DNA of 64,000 nucleotides from Candidatus Levyibacteriota bacterium (GCA_003173895.1 PJMG01000021.1:12274-76273), one strand, 5' to 3'; counted from the first letter of the stretch, positions 1-11,134 are shown. Made by a program: numbers and translations. Notes: generated from the sequence alone by a model not told the origin.

Positions 1-470
1 GTTTTACGATATTATTATATTTAATATTTTTTATCAGGTTTATTAATCTATATTTTTTTGTTGATCCTACTAAAGTTGGTAATCTTTGGGCTGATGGGTA
101 TCAAGAATTATATAGTTATATAGCACCACAACAGAATAATTATAAGAAAATCATAATATCGGGTCACTATTGGGAGCCATATGTTTACTTTTTGTTTTAT
201 TCTAAATATGATCCATATCTATATCAGAAAAATGGCAGTGTGTTTGGTTTTGGTAAATATATTTTTGGCGGAACTTCATGGGATCTTACAAATCCAAATC
301 ATAGGGAATTAGATCATCGAACTCTCTCAGATTTAGCAAAAACAAAAGATTTCATAGTAGCTATTAGTCCGGGTGAGTTCCAATATGAAAAGAAACAATT
401 AATTCCAATTAAAAACATTTATAATTTAAATGGTAAATTAGTTTTTATAGTGGCAAAGAGTAAAAATTAA
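1..470 (+). CDS. GT-C family membrane glycosyltransferase (ArnT/PMT_2-like), 5'-truncated by window edge
   Basis: The frame is open from nt 3 to the stop at 470. The C-terminal sequence (ISGHYWEPYVYFLFYSKYDPYLY) matches the C-termini of the four downstream paralogs. Confidence 0.6.
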   Translation, partial: FTILLYLIFFIRFINLYFFVDPTKVGNLWADGYQELYSYIAPQQNNYKKIIISGHYWEPYVYFLFYSKYDPYLYQKNGSVFGFGKYIFGGTSWDLTNPNHRELDHRTLSDLAKTKDFIVAISPGEFQYEKKQLIPIKNIYNLNGKLVFIVAKSKN

Positions 471-476
471 TTAAGC

Positions 477-2084
477 ATGAAAAAAACTTATTTAATACTT
501 TTAATAATTTTCATATTAGGTGCATTTATACGCTTTTTTCTTTTAGCTCAAATTCCAGCTAGCCTTAATCAAGATGAAACGGCTATTGGTTATAATGCTT
601 ATTCCATATTGAAAACTGGACATGATGAGCATGGAGTTTTTATGCCCATTACTTATGAATCTTTTGGTGATTGGAAATTAATATTATATCCGCTCATTGA
701 TACAATTCCTATTCTATTATTTGGGTTAAATGAATTTGCAGTCCGCTTTCCATCAGCTTTCTTTGGAAGTTTACAAGTTGTATTAATTTTCTTTTTGGCT
801 CAACAATTATTTAAAAATAAAAAAATAAGTTTAATTTCTGCATTTATGATGGCTATGAGTCCATGGAGTATTTATTTTTCCAGAATGGCTTACGAAGTAA
901 ATGTAGGTAATTTTTTATTCATGAGTGCTACTTTACTCTTGCTAAAATTTATTGATAGCAAAAAATCTTGGCTCTTAATAACAGCATCAATTTTATTCGG
1001 TTTAACTTTAATTACTTATCATGCATTTATAATTTTTACTCCTATTTTTGTTTTAGGAATTTTTATTATTTTCGCAAAAACATTATTTAAGAATAAACTT
1101 TCATTATCTTTATCTATTTTAATATTCATAATATTTTGCTTAGTATCTTTTTCAAACATTTTTCTGAAAAATGGAGCTAAACTTTCTGATAATGCAGTTT
1201 GGGCCGATCAAAATACTTATTATAATAGAGTAGATATTTTAAGAACTGATGGTGCACATGATCCTAAAATATTAAATAAATTAATTTATAATAAATTTAC
1301 AGCAGTTGCTTATCAAATTGGACAAAATTACTTATTAACCTTTTCTCCTACTTTTTTATTTGATAAAGGTGGGACTAAACTTTTACATAACTTAGGCTAC
1401 TTTGGTAACATGTATTTTATAGATGTCATATTTTTAGGTTTTGGAATATTTGGAATAATTTATACTAAACAGAAAAATTTAAAAGTTATTATCCTTTGGA
1501 TTTTATTAGCTGCTGTTCCAGGAGCAGTTACATCGGATGTTCCTTCATCAACTAGAGCTTATCCTCTGCTACCAGTACTTCTTTTAATAGCATCATTTGG
1601 ATTTATTTATATGTTTGATGTTTTAAAAAATAATATTGGCAAAATTTTAATTGGATTAATTCTTATTATATATCTTTGGAATATTTTATTTTTTGTGGAT
1701 GGATATTTCATTCATATAAATTATCAAAGAGCAGCCTATTTGCACTACGGATATAAACAAATAGTTGAAGTAGCAAAGAAATATCCTAATGATAAAGTAA
1801 TAGTTACAGGACCTGATAATTTCCCATATATTTCATTTCTTTTCTATACTAAATTTGATCCTTCTACTTTTCAAAAAGAAGTAGTTTATTATCCACAAGG
1901 TACTTATAAATTTGATGATGTAAAAAGTTTTGACAGATATGAATTTATTCCTAGCATTAATTATACTAATTTACAAAAAAATACATTATATTTCGATACC
2001 AATGGTATCAATCCTAATGTGGATTACACAATAAATCTTCCCAATGGAGATCCTGTATTTAAATATTTTTTTGGAAATAGATGA
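477..2084 (+). CDS. GT-C family glycosyltransferase, ArnT/PMT_2-like (GT39/GT83-type), paralog 2
   Basis: 535-aa polytopic protein. The N-terminal loop carries DE...GYNAYSIL..GHDEHG and a ...VRFPSAFFG motif resembling ArnT/PMT_2 (COG1807). Confidence 0.72.
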   Translation: MKKTYLILLIIFILGAFIRFFLLAQIPASLNQDETAIGYNAYSILKTGHDEHGVFMPITYESFGDWKLILYPLIDTIPILLFGLNEFAVRFPSAFFGSLQVVLIFFLAQQLFKNKKISLISAFMMAMSPWSIYFSRMAYEVNVGNFLFMSATLLLLKFIDSKKSWLLITASILFGLTLITYHAFIIFTPIFVLGIFIIFAKTLFKNKLSLSLSILIFIIFCLVSFSNIFLKNGAKLSDNAVWADQNTYYNRVDILRTDGAHDPKILNKLIYNKFTAVAYQIGQNYLLTFSPTFLFDKGGTKLLHNLGYFGNMYFIDVIFLGFGIFGIIYTKQKNLKVIILWILLAAVPGAVTSDVPSSTRAYPLLPVLLLIASFGFIYMFDVLKNNIGKILIGLILIIYLWNILFFVDGYFIHINYQRAAYLHYGYKQIVEVAKKYPNDKVIVTGPDNFPYISFLFYTKFDPSTFQKEVVYYPQGTYKFDDVKSFDRYEFIPSINYTNLQKNTLYFDTNGINPNVDYTINLPNGDPVFKYFFGNR

Positions 2085-3718
2085 AAAAAATCTTACTCTT
2101 AATAATTATTTTAACTGCTATTTTAATTAGAATTCCTCAACTTGGAACTGTACCTTTTGGTATACAAAACGATGAAGTTGACTATATCTATGATGGTTAT
2201 ACAGTAATTAAAACAGAAGGACATGGTGTAGCAGGAGGTTTCTTACCTCTTTCATTTAAACTTAATAGTTCTTTATCTCCAGTTCCAGTATATTTAGACT
2301 CTATTTCAACAGGAATTTTAGGATTATCTGTTTTTTCTGGTAGACTGCCCTTTGCTATTTTAAGTATTGGTTCTGTTATTTTAGTTTTTCTATTGGCAGA
2401 TGAATTATTTGGAAATTTAGTAGTTTCTTTTTCATCAAGTTTAATTTTTTTACTTTATCCATGGGAAAATTATTTAGCCCGTGGTGCATGGGATGGAATA
2501 ATCGCTCAGTTTTTTTATTTACTAGGAATTTATGTGTTTATAAAGTTTTTAAAAATAAAGAAAAATATTAACTGGTCAATTATCCCATTTACATTAGCGT
2601 TTTATAGTTATCATGCGACTAAAGTTTTTTTCCTATTCTTAATTCCAATTTTATTGTTTTATGCTTTTAAAAAGTATATATCTAAAATCCAAATTATCTT
2701 ATTTTTAATTTTAAGTTTATTAATTTTTATATCATTTGCATTAGTTACTAAATATGAAGGTGTTACAAGACAAGAAGTATTTGTTTGGAATGATAGTTCC
2801 TCTAAAGAAAAAATAGTGGATTTAAATATTTTTAAAAGATCCAGTAGCAATGCACCAGAAAAATTAAAAATTTTATTCTCAAATGTTCCTCTTTTTTATA
2901 CTATTAATGGAATTAATAATTACTTAAAGTCTTTTTCTACAGAATTATTTTTTACAAATGGTGATTTAGGCCCTGTTACAGGGTATGGAAATTTCAGTTA
3001 TGGGATGCTTAATTATACAGATGCAATCTTTATAATTTCAGGATTGATTTTTTTAATGAAGAAATTCAGTAAAAAAAACAGTTCACTACTTCTATCTTTA
3101 ATTCTTATAGCTCCGACGCCTGTGCTATTAGTTTTTAGTGGAACATATATAGTTCGTGCCATTATGCTTCCTGCATTTTTAGCTATCTTAAGTGGGATAG
3201 GAATACTTGGTATTATAACTTTTCTAAAACAGGATTTTAAAAAACCATGGATTTTTATATTTTCTATTTTAATAGTAATTCATTTATATTTATTCTTAAG
3301 CTTTTTATATGGTTATTATTATCAATTCAATTTTGCAGGGACTGAATATTGGAATGGATCAAGCAGAACTTTATCAGAATTTATAGTTAAAAATTATAAT
3401 AATTATGATCATTTCTACGTAGCCAGCGGAGATGATCATTTAGTTTTACAATATGCGCTAACGGCAAAAATTGATCCTCACATTATTCAAAAACTTTGGC
3501 CTTTAACATCTTCTAAAATAAAAATTGGTAAAGTAATTTTTCTTAATTCTTGCCTTGGCAAAAATACTGATAATCCTATGGCTTTAATTCCTAAAAAATC
3601 CGTATATTTTACTTACATTTCTAACGGTGATTGTTATAATAATGATAGCCCAACTTTTAGAATTGCAGATCCTATGGAATCTTTAAGAACTATTTATAAT
3701 GTTTATGAAAAAAATTGA
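2081..3718 (+). CDS. GT-C family glycosyltransferase, ArnT/PMT_2-like, paralog 3
   Basis: 545-aa multi-TM protein with a QNDEVDYIYDGY loop and a C-terminal domain similar to the neighbouring paralogs. It has an ATGA stop/start overlap with the upstream gene. Confidence 0.65.
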   Translation: MKKILLLIIILTAILIRIPQLGTVPFGIQNDEVDYIYDGYTVIKTEGHGVAGGFLPLSFKLNSSLSPVPVYLDSISTGILGLSVFSGRLPFAILSIGSVILVFLLADELFGNLVVSFSSSLIFLLYPWENYLARGAWDGIIAQFFYLLGIYVFIKFLKIKKNINWSIIPFTLAFYSYHATKVFFLFLIPILLFYAFKKYISKIQIILFLILSLLIFISFALVTKYEGVTRQEVFVWNDSSSKEKIVDLNIFKRSSSNAPEKLKILFSNVPLFYTINGINNYLKSFSTELFFTNGDLGPVTGYGNFSYGMLNYTDAIFIISGLIFLMKKFSKKNSSLLLSLILIAPTPVLLVFSGTYIVRAIMLPAFLAILSGIGILGIITFLKQDFKKPWIFIFSILIVIHLYLFLSFLYGYYYQFNFAGTEYWNGSSRTLSEFIVKNYNNYDHFYVASGDDHLVLQYALTAKIDPHIIQKLWPLTSSKIKIGKVIFLNSCLGKNTDNPMALIPKKSVYFTYISNGDCYNNDSPTFRIADPMESLRTIYNVYEKN

Positions 3719-5345
3719 AATTTTAATATTTGGAATAATAATCTTTGTTGCCACTTTTTTTAGATTCTATAATTTATCTTCTGATCCTCCTAGCCTTTAT
3801 TGGGATGAAGTATCGCAGGGATATAATGCTTACTCTATTTTAAAAACGGGATATGATGAACATCACGTTTTCATGCCTATTACAGATTTTGCAGCTTTTG
3901 GTGATTATAAAGCTCCAGTTTTAATTTATTTAGATGCTATATCCATCCGAATATTTGGACTTACAGATTTTGCAGTTAGATTCCCTTCTGCGTTTTTAGG
4001 TGTGCTAACTGTTTTAATAACTTTTTTTCTGGCTCGTGAATTATTTTACAAAAGTAAAAATAAGAATCTAATTGGATTTATAAGCTCATTTCTACTAGCA
4101 ATTTCCCCCTGGCATATACAATTAAGTCGTGTTGCTTATGAGGGTAATACAGCCACATTTTTCTTTGTACTAGGAGTGTTTTTATTTTTGTTTGCGTTGA
4201 GAAAAAAAAATTGGATTTTACCATTTTCTATAATTTCTTTTGTACTTTCTTTTTATTCTTTTAATTCATTTCGTGTTTTCACACCACTTATGGTAATAGC
4301 TCTAAGTTTAATTTATTTTAAAGAACTTTTTTTAACTAAAAAAAGAATATTAATTTATATTTTTTCATCAATTTTGGGGCTTCTAATTTTGTTACCATTT
4401 ATTTTATATCTTAAAAATCCTGATAGTCGTCTTCGCTTTAATGAAGTAAACATTTTTTCAGATCTTCCTCCTATCCAGCAGTCAAATGCATGGAAACAAG
4501 AAGATAAAAATTCTGAAATTTCTAAAATAGTTCATAACAGTAGATTTATATATACTCTTTATTATTTGCAACATTATTTTGATTTTTTTAATCCTCAATT
4601 TTTATTTTATAGTGGTGATGTTAATCCTCGTTTTTCTCTTCAAGATAATGGAGAACTATTCTGGTTTGAGCTTCCCATTCTTTTATTAGGATTTTATTAT
4701 TTAGTAAAAGAAAAAAATAAAACTACTATAACAATTTTATTTTGGTTTTTATTAGCACCTGTAGCTGCCGCGACTGCTCATGAAACGCCACATGCACTTC
4801 GTGCAGAAAGTTACTTACCTACATTTCAATTAGTAGAAGCTTTCGGCGCAACTTATATTTTACTTAAATTAATAAAATTAAACTGGTGGAAGCTAATTAT
4901 TTGCATATATGCTTTATGGGTTTGTTTAGCATTTTACATTTTTTGGCATGATTATTTTAATCATTTTCCAATAACCTATTCTGGAGTTTTCCAATATGGT
5001 TATAAGCAAGCTGTTGCAGATGCTAAATCGTTAGATAATAATTATGATTTAATCTTGTTCAGTGATCATTATGGTAGAGCATATGTTTATTATCTTTTTT
5101 ATAGTAAATATAATCCGAAACTTTATTGGAAAACTAAGAATGAAACACAAGATATTTTTGGGTTCTATCATGTTAATAGCATAGGTAAATACATATTTTT
5201 TGAAGATACAGATGATCTTTCTAAATACCAAAATAAAAAAAATTTATATATTGCTCCACCCAAACAAATGCCAGCCAATGCTAAAATTATAGAAAAAATA
5301 AATTTTTTAGATGGTACGACAGCATTTGAAATCGGGCATAATTAA
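3699..5345 (+). CDS. GT-C family glycosyltransferase, ArnT/PMT_2-like, paralog 4
   Basis: 548 aa. Carries YWDEVSQGYNAYSILKTGYDEHHVFMP...AVRFPSAFLG and a C-terminal LFYSKYNPKLY motif shared with the other paralogs. Confidence 0.72.
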   Translation: MFMKKIEILIFGIIIFVATFFRFYNLSSDPPSLYWDEVSQGYNAYSILKTGYDEHHVFMPITDFAAFGDYKAPVLIYLDAISIRIFGLTDFAVRFPSAFLGVLTVLITFFLARELFYKSKNKNLIGFISSFLLAISPWHIQLSRVAYEGNTATFFFVLGVFLFLFALRKKNWILPFSIISFVLSFYSFNSFRVFTPLMVIALSLIYFKELFLTKKRILIYIFSSILGLLILLPFILYLKNPDSRLRFNEVNIFSDLPPIQQSNAWKQEDKNSEISKIVHNSRFIYTLYYLQHYFDFFNPQFLFYSGDVNPRFSLQDNGELFWFELPILLLGFYYLVKEKNKTTITILFWFLLAPVAAATAHETPHALRAESYLPTFQLVEAFGATYILLKLIKLNWWKLIICIYALWVCLAFYIFWHDYFNHFPITYSGVFQYGYKQAVADAKSLDNNYDLILFSDHYGRAYVYYLFYSKYNPKLYWKTKNETQDIFGFYHVNSIGKYIFFEDTDDLSKYQNKKNLYIAPPKQMPANAKIIEKINFLDGTTAFEIGHN

Positions 5346-5354
5346 ACTTAAAGT

Positions 5355-7004
5355 ATGAAAAAATTATACATTTTATTTTTAACTGCAATTTTTTTGCTTG
5401 GATTTTTCTTAAGATTTTATCAATTAGGACAGATTCCAGGATCTTTAGATTGGGATGAGGCATCCTGGGGATATAATGCATATTCTATACTTCATACTGG
5501 TCGTGATGAATATGGCATTAAAATGCCGATGTCATTTAGAGCATTTGGTGATTATAAACAACCAGTCTACGTTTATTTAGATGCTGCTTCAATTGCAATT
5601 TTTGGTCTAAATTCTTTTGCGGTTCGTTTTCCTTCAGCATTTTTTGGTAGTTTAACTACTGTTTTTATCTTTTTATTTTTGTTTGAACTATTTTATAAAG
5701 AGAAAAAGCGTAATCTAATTGCAATTTTTGGATCTTTAATTTTTACTATTTCTCCTTGGTCTATTCAGTTTAGTAGAGTGGCTTTTGAAGCTACCAATGG
5801 ACTATTTTTTGTTTTATCCGGAATGTGGCTTTTTTTTAGAGGAGTACGAACAGATAAAAAATCGCAAATAATCCTTGGAACATTACTTTTTATAATAAGT
5901 GCGTATACATATCATAGTGAAAAAATATTTACTCCTATAATATTTATTTGTTTATTATTCTACTTTAGAAAATATTTTGGTATTAATAAAGAATTATTAA
6001 GAGGATTAATAAAATCAAAAATAATTTTTATAGTCACTCTTCTTTTAATTTTTGGTATTGGAAATATTTTTTGGGTTTTAAATGCTAAAACAGTGGCCAG
6101 AGGTGAGAGTGTATTATTTACATCTAATCAAACTCCGCTTTTAGCCAATGTAGTTAAAGAGACAGCAGAGGATAGCGCAAAAGGAGATAAGTTTGATGTA
6201 TTATTACATAATCGGCGTTTAGTATATATTTCAGCCTATTTAGATAATTATTTATCGGTATTTTATCCTAATTGGCTTTTTATAACCGGAGATTTAGAAA
6301 GACATCATGCTCCTGGAATGGGACTGTTATATCTAGTGTCTATTCCTGCTATCTTGGTAGGAATATTTTTAATTTTTGATAAATATAAAAAACATATATT
6401 TATTATTTGCTCATGGTTGTTAATTGCTCCTATCGCAGAAGCACTAGCTGGGGTCCCAAATGCAGAACGCGCGCTAATTATCCTTCCAGTTTTTATAATT
6501 TTTGAGAGTTTAGGATTAGTTTGGTTTATTGAGTGGGTAAGAAATAGTAAGCATCTTTTATTTTATACTTTACGCTTTACGCTTGTTATTCTTTTATTTT
6601 TATTGTATTTTTTCAATTTTACCTATTATATTAATCAATATTTTTCTCATACCAATACTGATTATCTAGAATTCTGGCAAGGAGGATATGAACAAGCTAT
6701 CAATTTTGCAGTTAATAATTCTAAAAATAAAAATATTTATTTTGATAAAAGTATAGAACAAGCTTATATTTTCTATCTATTTTATGAAAAATATGATCCC
6801 GAAAAATATTTAGCTAGTGGGGGATCCAATAGAACTTTAATGGTCTGTTACAACATAGATAATGCGTGGTTTGGAAATTGTAAAACTATAAAAAGTGGAG
6901 ATATATTTGTCTCTCGTTATATGCCTGATTTCCCAGCTAAGAAAATATTTACCTTTAATTTTTTAAACAATGATCCAGGGGTGTACGTATTTAGGAAAGA
7001 GTAG
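5355..7004 (+). CDS. GT-C family glycosyltransferase, ArnT/PMT_2-like, paralog 5
   Basis: 549 aa. Carries DWDEASWGYNAYSILHTGRDEYG...AVRFPSAFFG and a shared C-terminal YLFYEKYDP motif. Confidence 0.72.
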   Translation: MKKLYILFLTAIFLLGFFLRFYQLGQIPGSLDWDEASWGYNAYSILHTGRDEYGIKMPMSFRAFGDYKQPVYVYLDAASIAIFGLNSFAVRFPSAFFGSLTTVFIFLFLFELFYKEKKRNLIAIFGSLIFTISPWSIQFSRVAFEATNGLFFVLSGMWLFFRGVRTDKKSQIILGTLLFIISAYTYHSEKIFTPIIFICLLFYFRKYFGINKELLRGLIKSKIIFIVTLLLIFGIGNIFWVLNAKTVARGESVLFTSNQTPLLANVVKETAEDSAKGDKFDVLLHNRRLVYISAYLDNYLSVFYPNWLFITGDLERHHAPGMGLLYLVSIPAILVGIFLIFDKYKKHIFIICSWLLIAPIAEALAGVPNAERALIILPVFIIFESLGLVWFIEWVRNSKHLLFYTLRFTLVILLFLLYFFNFTYYINQYFSHTNTDYLEFWQGGYEQAINFAVNNSKNKNIYFDKSIEQAYIFYLFYEKYDPEKYLASGGSNRTLMVCYNIDNAWFGNCKTIKSGDIFVSRYMPDFPAKKIFTFNFLNNDPGVYVFRKE

Positions 7005-7010
7005 ATCTTA

Positions 7011-7037
7011 TTGCAATTATTAATTTTATGTTAGAAT
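7011..7037 (+). promoter_or_regulatory. candidate sigma70-type promoter (TTGCAA-N15-TGtTAGAAT extended -10) upstream of 7058 gene
   Basis: The -35 (TTGCAA) and an extended -10 (TGnTAGAAT) were read directly from the sequence. The element lies ~20 nt upstream of the ATG. Confidence 0.3.
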
Positions 7038-7057
7038 GAAATTGCTAGCTGAAATTT

Positions 7058-8773
7058 ATGAATTTATTGACTGTAAAGAATAAAATTTGGGGTTTTATTA
7101 AATCTAAAAATATCTTTTACGCTCTTTTACTTCTAATATTTTTTGTTTTAGATTCACTTCATGAAAGCTATCCTGATGAATTTGATAACATTTTAGGAGG
7201 GTGGAATATACTTCATGGGCGACTTTTGTATATAGGCTATTTTACTCATCATGGACCATTCCCTTATTTTCTTTCAGCATTTATAGAAATTTTTAGTAGA
7301 GTTAATTTTCCTAAATTTAGAATAATTTATGCGCTAATTTTAACAGCATTTTCTTTATTTAGTGTTTGGGTTATTAAAAAATCAGTTGGTAAAACTAAAA
7401 ATATCACTAAATTTTTCTATTTTATTATATCTTTAATTTCTACCTATTATTGGTTTCAAATGTTACTGGCAGATACAATTTCTGCTTTTTTATTAATTCC
7501 CGTATTTGGAATAGTTTTATTTAAAGAATATAAAGATGAAGCTTTTGATTTATTTTCTACACTTTTTTGTTCAATCTTAATTTTTCTAACAGTTTTAAGC
7601 TCATTAACATATATTTATGTTGCACTTATTTTTTATGCATTTATTTTTTGTAAAAACTTTTATATTTTTAGATCTTTTAACTTTAAAAAAGCATTAATTG
7701 CTCTAGGTATTTTTATATCACCTTATCTATTATTTGTTTTATATTTATTCGGAACTCATAGTTTTCATGATTACTATTATGATAATTTTGTATTTAATGA
7801 GTCATTTTATATCTATAACTACCCTAGACCTTCAGGATCAACTCATATAAATCCAGTTCGTTTCGCAGTAGTTATTACTCATAATTTCGTATCAGACTTT
7901 TCGACTCTTTTAGTTCAAGCAAAAGACTTTAATTTTTCATATCCCATGAATATAACCATGGCATTAGGTGATTTAACTTTACTAATTTTTCTATTAATTA
8001 AGAAAAAATATAAATTAAGTTTAACTTATTTCTTTTTATTAGTTTTTTCAAATGCTAGAAGTAATCCTTTACTTTCAGCAGAAACAGACTATCAATCAGC
8101 AGTTTATATTTTTATCTCATTGTTCTCGATAATTTTTGTTTTAAGCCAATTAATAGAAAATATTAATTTAAATAGAGAAGGTGGATATAAATTTTTATAC
8201 GGTTTGTTATTTGCCCCAATTGCTTTATATAGTGTTTTTTCCCTTATTTTTGTATCAAATAAATTTTTTGATAGATATTATCCTAAATATATGGGTACTG
8301 CTCCTCTTATTTATAACAATCCTGATGTAGCTCCAGTTCTAAATCAAATACTAAAACCAACTGATTACTATTGGGTAGGACCTTTTGAATTTCAAAATAT
8401 TTGGTACTTGGATACTGGAACACCAGTTTCAAAATATCAAATATTAAATGCAGGTGAAATGAGATCATCAGATATAAAATCCTCATTAATTTCAGATTTT
8501 GAAAATAATAAGCCCAACATAGTTTGGTTTGATAAAAACTTTTATATTTTAGGAAGTACTCCTATTAAAGATGCTCCTGAATTTGTTGATTATTTAGATA
8601 AAAATTATATAACTCTTTATACATATAGAGAAAGTAAATATAAATATATTTCGAAAATTCCCACAGATAGAGTTGATTTAGAAACAAAACTTTATATTCC
8701 TAAATCAAATAAAACAGATATTATAAATAGACTTTTACAAGCAAATTTAATAGAAAAAGTAAGTAGCAAATGA
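7058..8773 (+). CDS. polytopic membrane protein, putative GT-C glycosyltransferase
   Basis: 571 aa with many predicted TM helices. It has a PDEFDNILGGW loop near the N-terminus and a ~180-aa C-terminal soluble domain, and sits among glycosyltransferases. Confidence 0.4.
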   Translation: MNLLTVKNKIWGFIKSKNIFYALLLLIFFVLDSLHESYPDEFDNILGGWNILHGRLLYIGYFTHHGPFPYFLSAFIEIFSRVNFPKFRIIYALILTAFSLFSVWVIKKSVGKTKNITKFFYFIISLISTYYWFQMLLADTISAFLLIPVFGIVLFKEYKDEAFDLFSTLFCSILIFLTVLSSLTYIYVALIFYAFIFCKNFYIFRSFNFKKALIALGIFISPYLLFVLYLFGTHSFHDYYYDNFVFNESFYIYNYPRPSGSTHINPVRFAVVITHNFVSDFSTLLVQAKDFNFSYPMNITMALGDLTLLIFLLIKKKYKLSLTYFFLLVFSNARSNPLLSAETDYQSAVYIFISLFSIIFVLSQLIENINLNREGGYKFLYGLLFAPIALYSVFSLIFVSNKFFDRYYPKYMGTAPLIYNNPDVAPVLNQILKPTDYYWVGPFEFQNIWYLDTGTPVSKYQILNAGEMRSSDIKSSLISDFENNKPNIVWFDKNFYILGSTPIKDAPEFVDYLDKNYITLYTYRESKYKYISKIPTDRVDLETKLYIPKSNKTDIINRLLQANLIEKVSSK

Positions 8774-10269
8774 AACAATTCTCCTTTAAGAAAATAGCGG
8801 AAATCATATTATTTACACTTGTATTAAGCTTGGCTATTTTACTTCGAATTAGTAATGTATTACATCAAAATTTCGCTTTTACTTATGACGTTGGACGAGA
8901 TCTACTTGCTTTAAATAATATAATAATCACCCATAAAATGGGTCTTATAGGTTTCACCACAGGTCTTCAAGGAGTTTTTTATGGCCCATGGTGGTATATA
9001 TTTTTACTACCAGCTTTTGTACTCTCTAATGGCAATCCATCAGGAATAATTATTTATATGAATTTTATTGGAGTGATAACTGTAATTTTAGGATATCTAT
9101 TAGGGAAAAAGATTGGAGGGAGTTTACTAGGATTTATGCTCATGATAGTTTTTAGCATATCTCCTCTTTTAATTGCTTATTCATCACAAATTTGGAATCC
9201 AAATATTGCTCCTTTTTTCGTTTTATCAACAATTTTTATACTTTATTTAATTTATAAAAAAAATAGTCCCTGGTATTTTTTATTACTTGGTTTTATTACT
9301 GCACTAAATATAGAAATTGAGATAGTATTTGGTAGTATTTTTTTTATTTACACAACATTTTTTACGTTTATTTATTTTTATAAAAGATTAAATTTAAAGA
9401 AAATTATTTTATATTTTTTAGGACTTTTTCTAGTTCTCTTACCCCAATTATTATTTGAATTTAGACATAATTTTATTATGTCTAAAAGTTTTCTAAACTT
9501 TTTAACGGGTAAGTCAGATGCAGTAAGTAGTAGTTATAATTTTATAAGTGCTTTTGTAATAATAAGAGATCTATTCTCATATACAATATTTAATAATTTA
9601 GCATTAGTGTCTATTTTAAGTTTTGTTTTTATAATTATTCTTTCCATTTATTTTATATTTTTCTTAAAAGACAAATCAGATTTATGGCTTGCTAGAAAAT
9701 TTTTAATTACATTTTCCTTTTTTTATTTAATTTTTTCTTATATTTTGCTTAGTCTTTTTAGGCATACTATTTATGACCATTATTTCATTGGAGAGCCAGT
9801 AGTTTTCATTCTTTTAATTAGCCTTTTAATATATGAATTAATTATAAATAAAAACTTAATTATTAAAATATTTAGTATATTAATTTTTATTGTTATTTTA
9901 ATATTAAATACAGTTTCAAATAATTTTGTATCTATTTTTAATAATTATACTGGAGATGCCTCGGTATATAAAAACCAAATTCAAGTAATTGACTATATTT
10001 ATAAGACTGCAAGTGGAAAGCCTTTCAAATATAATGTTTATACACCACCAATATTTGACTATACATATCAGTATCTATTTTTATGGTACGGTAAAAACAA
10101 ATATGGATATTTACCTACTCAGAATAGTAAATTAGATTTTTTTATTATAGAACCTGATCCCGGATTTCCAGATAGAATACAAGCATGGCTTTCTTTAAGG
10201 AGAAATGATGGTAAGATGATAAGTAATAAAAAATTCCCTAGTGGAATAATAGTTCAAAAAAGAGACTAA
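8770..10269 (+). CDS. GT-C-like polytopic membrane protein (PMT_2-like), family B paralog 1
   Basis: 499 aa. Shares N-terminal (YDVGRD...THKMGLIGF..GLQG.FYGPWWY) and C-terminal (Y.YLF.WYG.KYGYLP) motifs with the 11118 and 12687 ORFs. Confidence 0.5.
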   Translation: MKQFSFKKIAEIILFTLVLSLAILLRISNVLHQNFAFTYDVGRDLLALNNIIITHKMGLIGFTTGLQGVFYGPWWYIFLLPAFVLSNGNPSGIIIYMNFIGVITVILGYLLGKKIGGSLLGFMLMIVFSISPLLIAYSSQIWNPNIAPFFVLSTIFILYLIYKKNSPWYFLLLGFITALNIEIEIVFGSIFFIYTTFFTFIYFYKRLNLKKIILYFLGLFLVLLPQLLFEFRHNFIMSKSFLNFLTGKSDAVSSSYNFISAFVIIRDLFSYTIFNNLALVSILSFVFIIILSIYFIFFLKDKSDLWLARKFLITFSFFYLIFSYILLSLFRHTIYDHYFIGEPVVFILLISLLIYELIINKNLIIKIFSILIFIVILILNTVSNNFVSIFNNYTGDASVYKNQIQVIDYIYKTASGKPFKYNVYTPPIFDYTYQYLFLWYGKNKYGYLPTQNSKLDFFIIEPDPGFPDRIQAWLSLRRNDGKMISNKKFPSGIIVQKRD

Positions 10270-10270
10270 T

Positions 10271-11134
10271 ATGAAAAAAATATCAGTAGTTTTAGCTACA
10301 TTTAATGAAAGTAGAAACTTAGAAGAATGTTTAAAATCTGTAAAAGATTTTGCATCAGAAATAGTAATAGTGGATGGTCAATCTTCAGATAATACAGCTA
10401 ATATTGCCAAAAAATTTGGTTCTAAAATTATTTCTGTACCTAATAATCCAAATTTTCATATTAATAAGCAAATGGCTATAGATGCCGCTTCAGAAGATTG
10501 GATTTTACAACTTGATGCAGATGAAAGAGTAAGTAAGCAGTTAGCAGAGGAGATTGTTAAAGTAGTGGGAATGACTGAAAAAGAAATTGAAGAGTACGAA
10601 TCTAAATTACCTAATAAAAAATTATTTGAAAGACATACAAAAATAATTGAAGAACGTGATGGGAAAATTGGAGATGACAAAAAAACTTACAGCGCATTTT
10701 TTATTCCTAGGAAAAATTATTTTATAGGAAGGTATTTAATTCATGGAGGAGTATATCCCGATGGTGTGATACGATTTTTTAGAAAAGGAGGAGCTTATTT
10801 ACCTATGAAAGATGTCCATGAACAAATGAGAGTATTAGGTAAAGTAGGTTGGTTAGAAAATGACTTATTACATTTTGATTCACCCACATTCTCACGTTAT
10901 ATAAAAAAGTGGAATCGTTATACCACGTTTATTGCAAATCAGTTTAAAGAACAGAAACTTCCCAAAAACATTTTTTCATTTTTAAATTATTGTTTTATTA
11001 AACCTAGTAATTGGTTCTTATTAACTTTCTTTAGGCATAAAGGATTTCTGGATGGATACCAAGGTTTTATTTTTTCATTATTTTCATCACTTCGTTTCCC
11101 AATGGCTTATATAAAATATGTTAAAAATAAATAA
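10271..11134 (+). CDS. GT2 family glycosyltransferase (GT-A fold, DxD = LDADE)
   Basis: The N-terminus (VVLATFNESRNLEECL...IVIVDGQSSDNT) and DADE motif are typical of the GT2 / polyprenol-phosphate sugar synthase family. Confidence 0.7.
   Translation: MKKISVVLATFNESRNLEECLKSVKDFASEIVIVDGQSSDNTANIAKKFGSKIISVPNNPNFHINKQMAIDAASEDWILQLDADERVSKQLAEEIVKVVGMTEKEIEEYESKLPNKKLFERHTKIIEERDGKIGDDKKTYSAFFIPRKNYFIGRYLIHGGVYPDGVIRFFRKGGAYLPMKDVHEQMRVLGKVGWLENDLLHFDSPTFSRYIKKWNRYTTFIANQFKEQKLPKNIFSFLNYCFIKPSNWFLLTFFRHKGFLDGYQGFIFSLFSSLRFPMAYIKYVKNK

Noticed and set aside
2659-2850. Short minus-strand ORFs embedded in larger plus-strand genes. Besides this one: 5049..5231, 5287..5481, 10456..10680, 12407..12589, 14132..14317, 23359..23586, 26214..26495, 28919..29101, 45243..45476, 46322..46525, 48687..49076, 54230..54427, 60213..60446 and 63117..63320.
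   Set aside because: All lie antisense to, or inside, well-supported longer CDSs. They are 60-130 aa with low-complexity or hydrophobic junk translations, as expected by chance in AT-rich DNA. No independent support.
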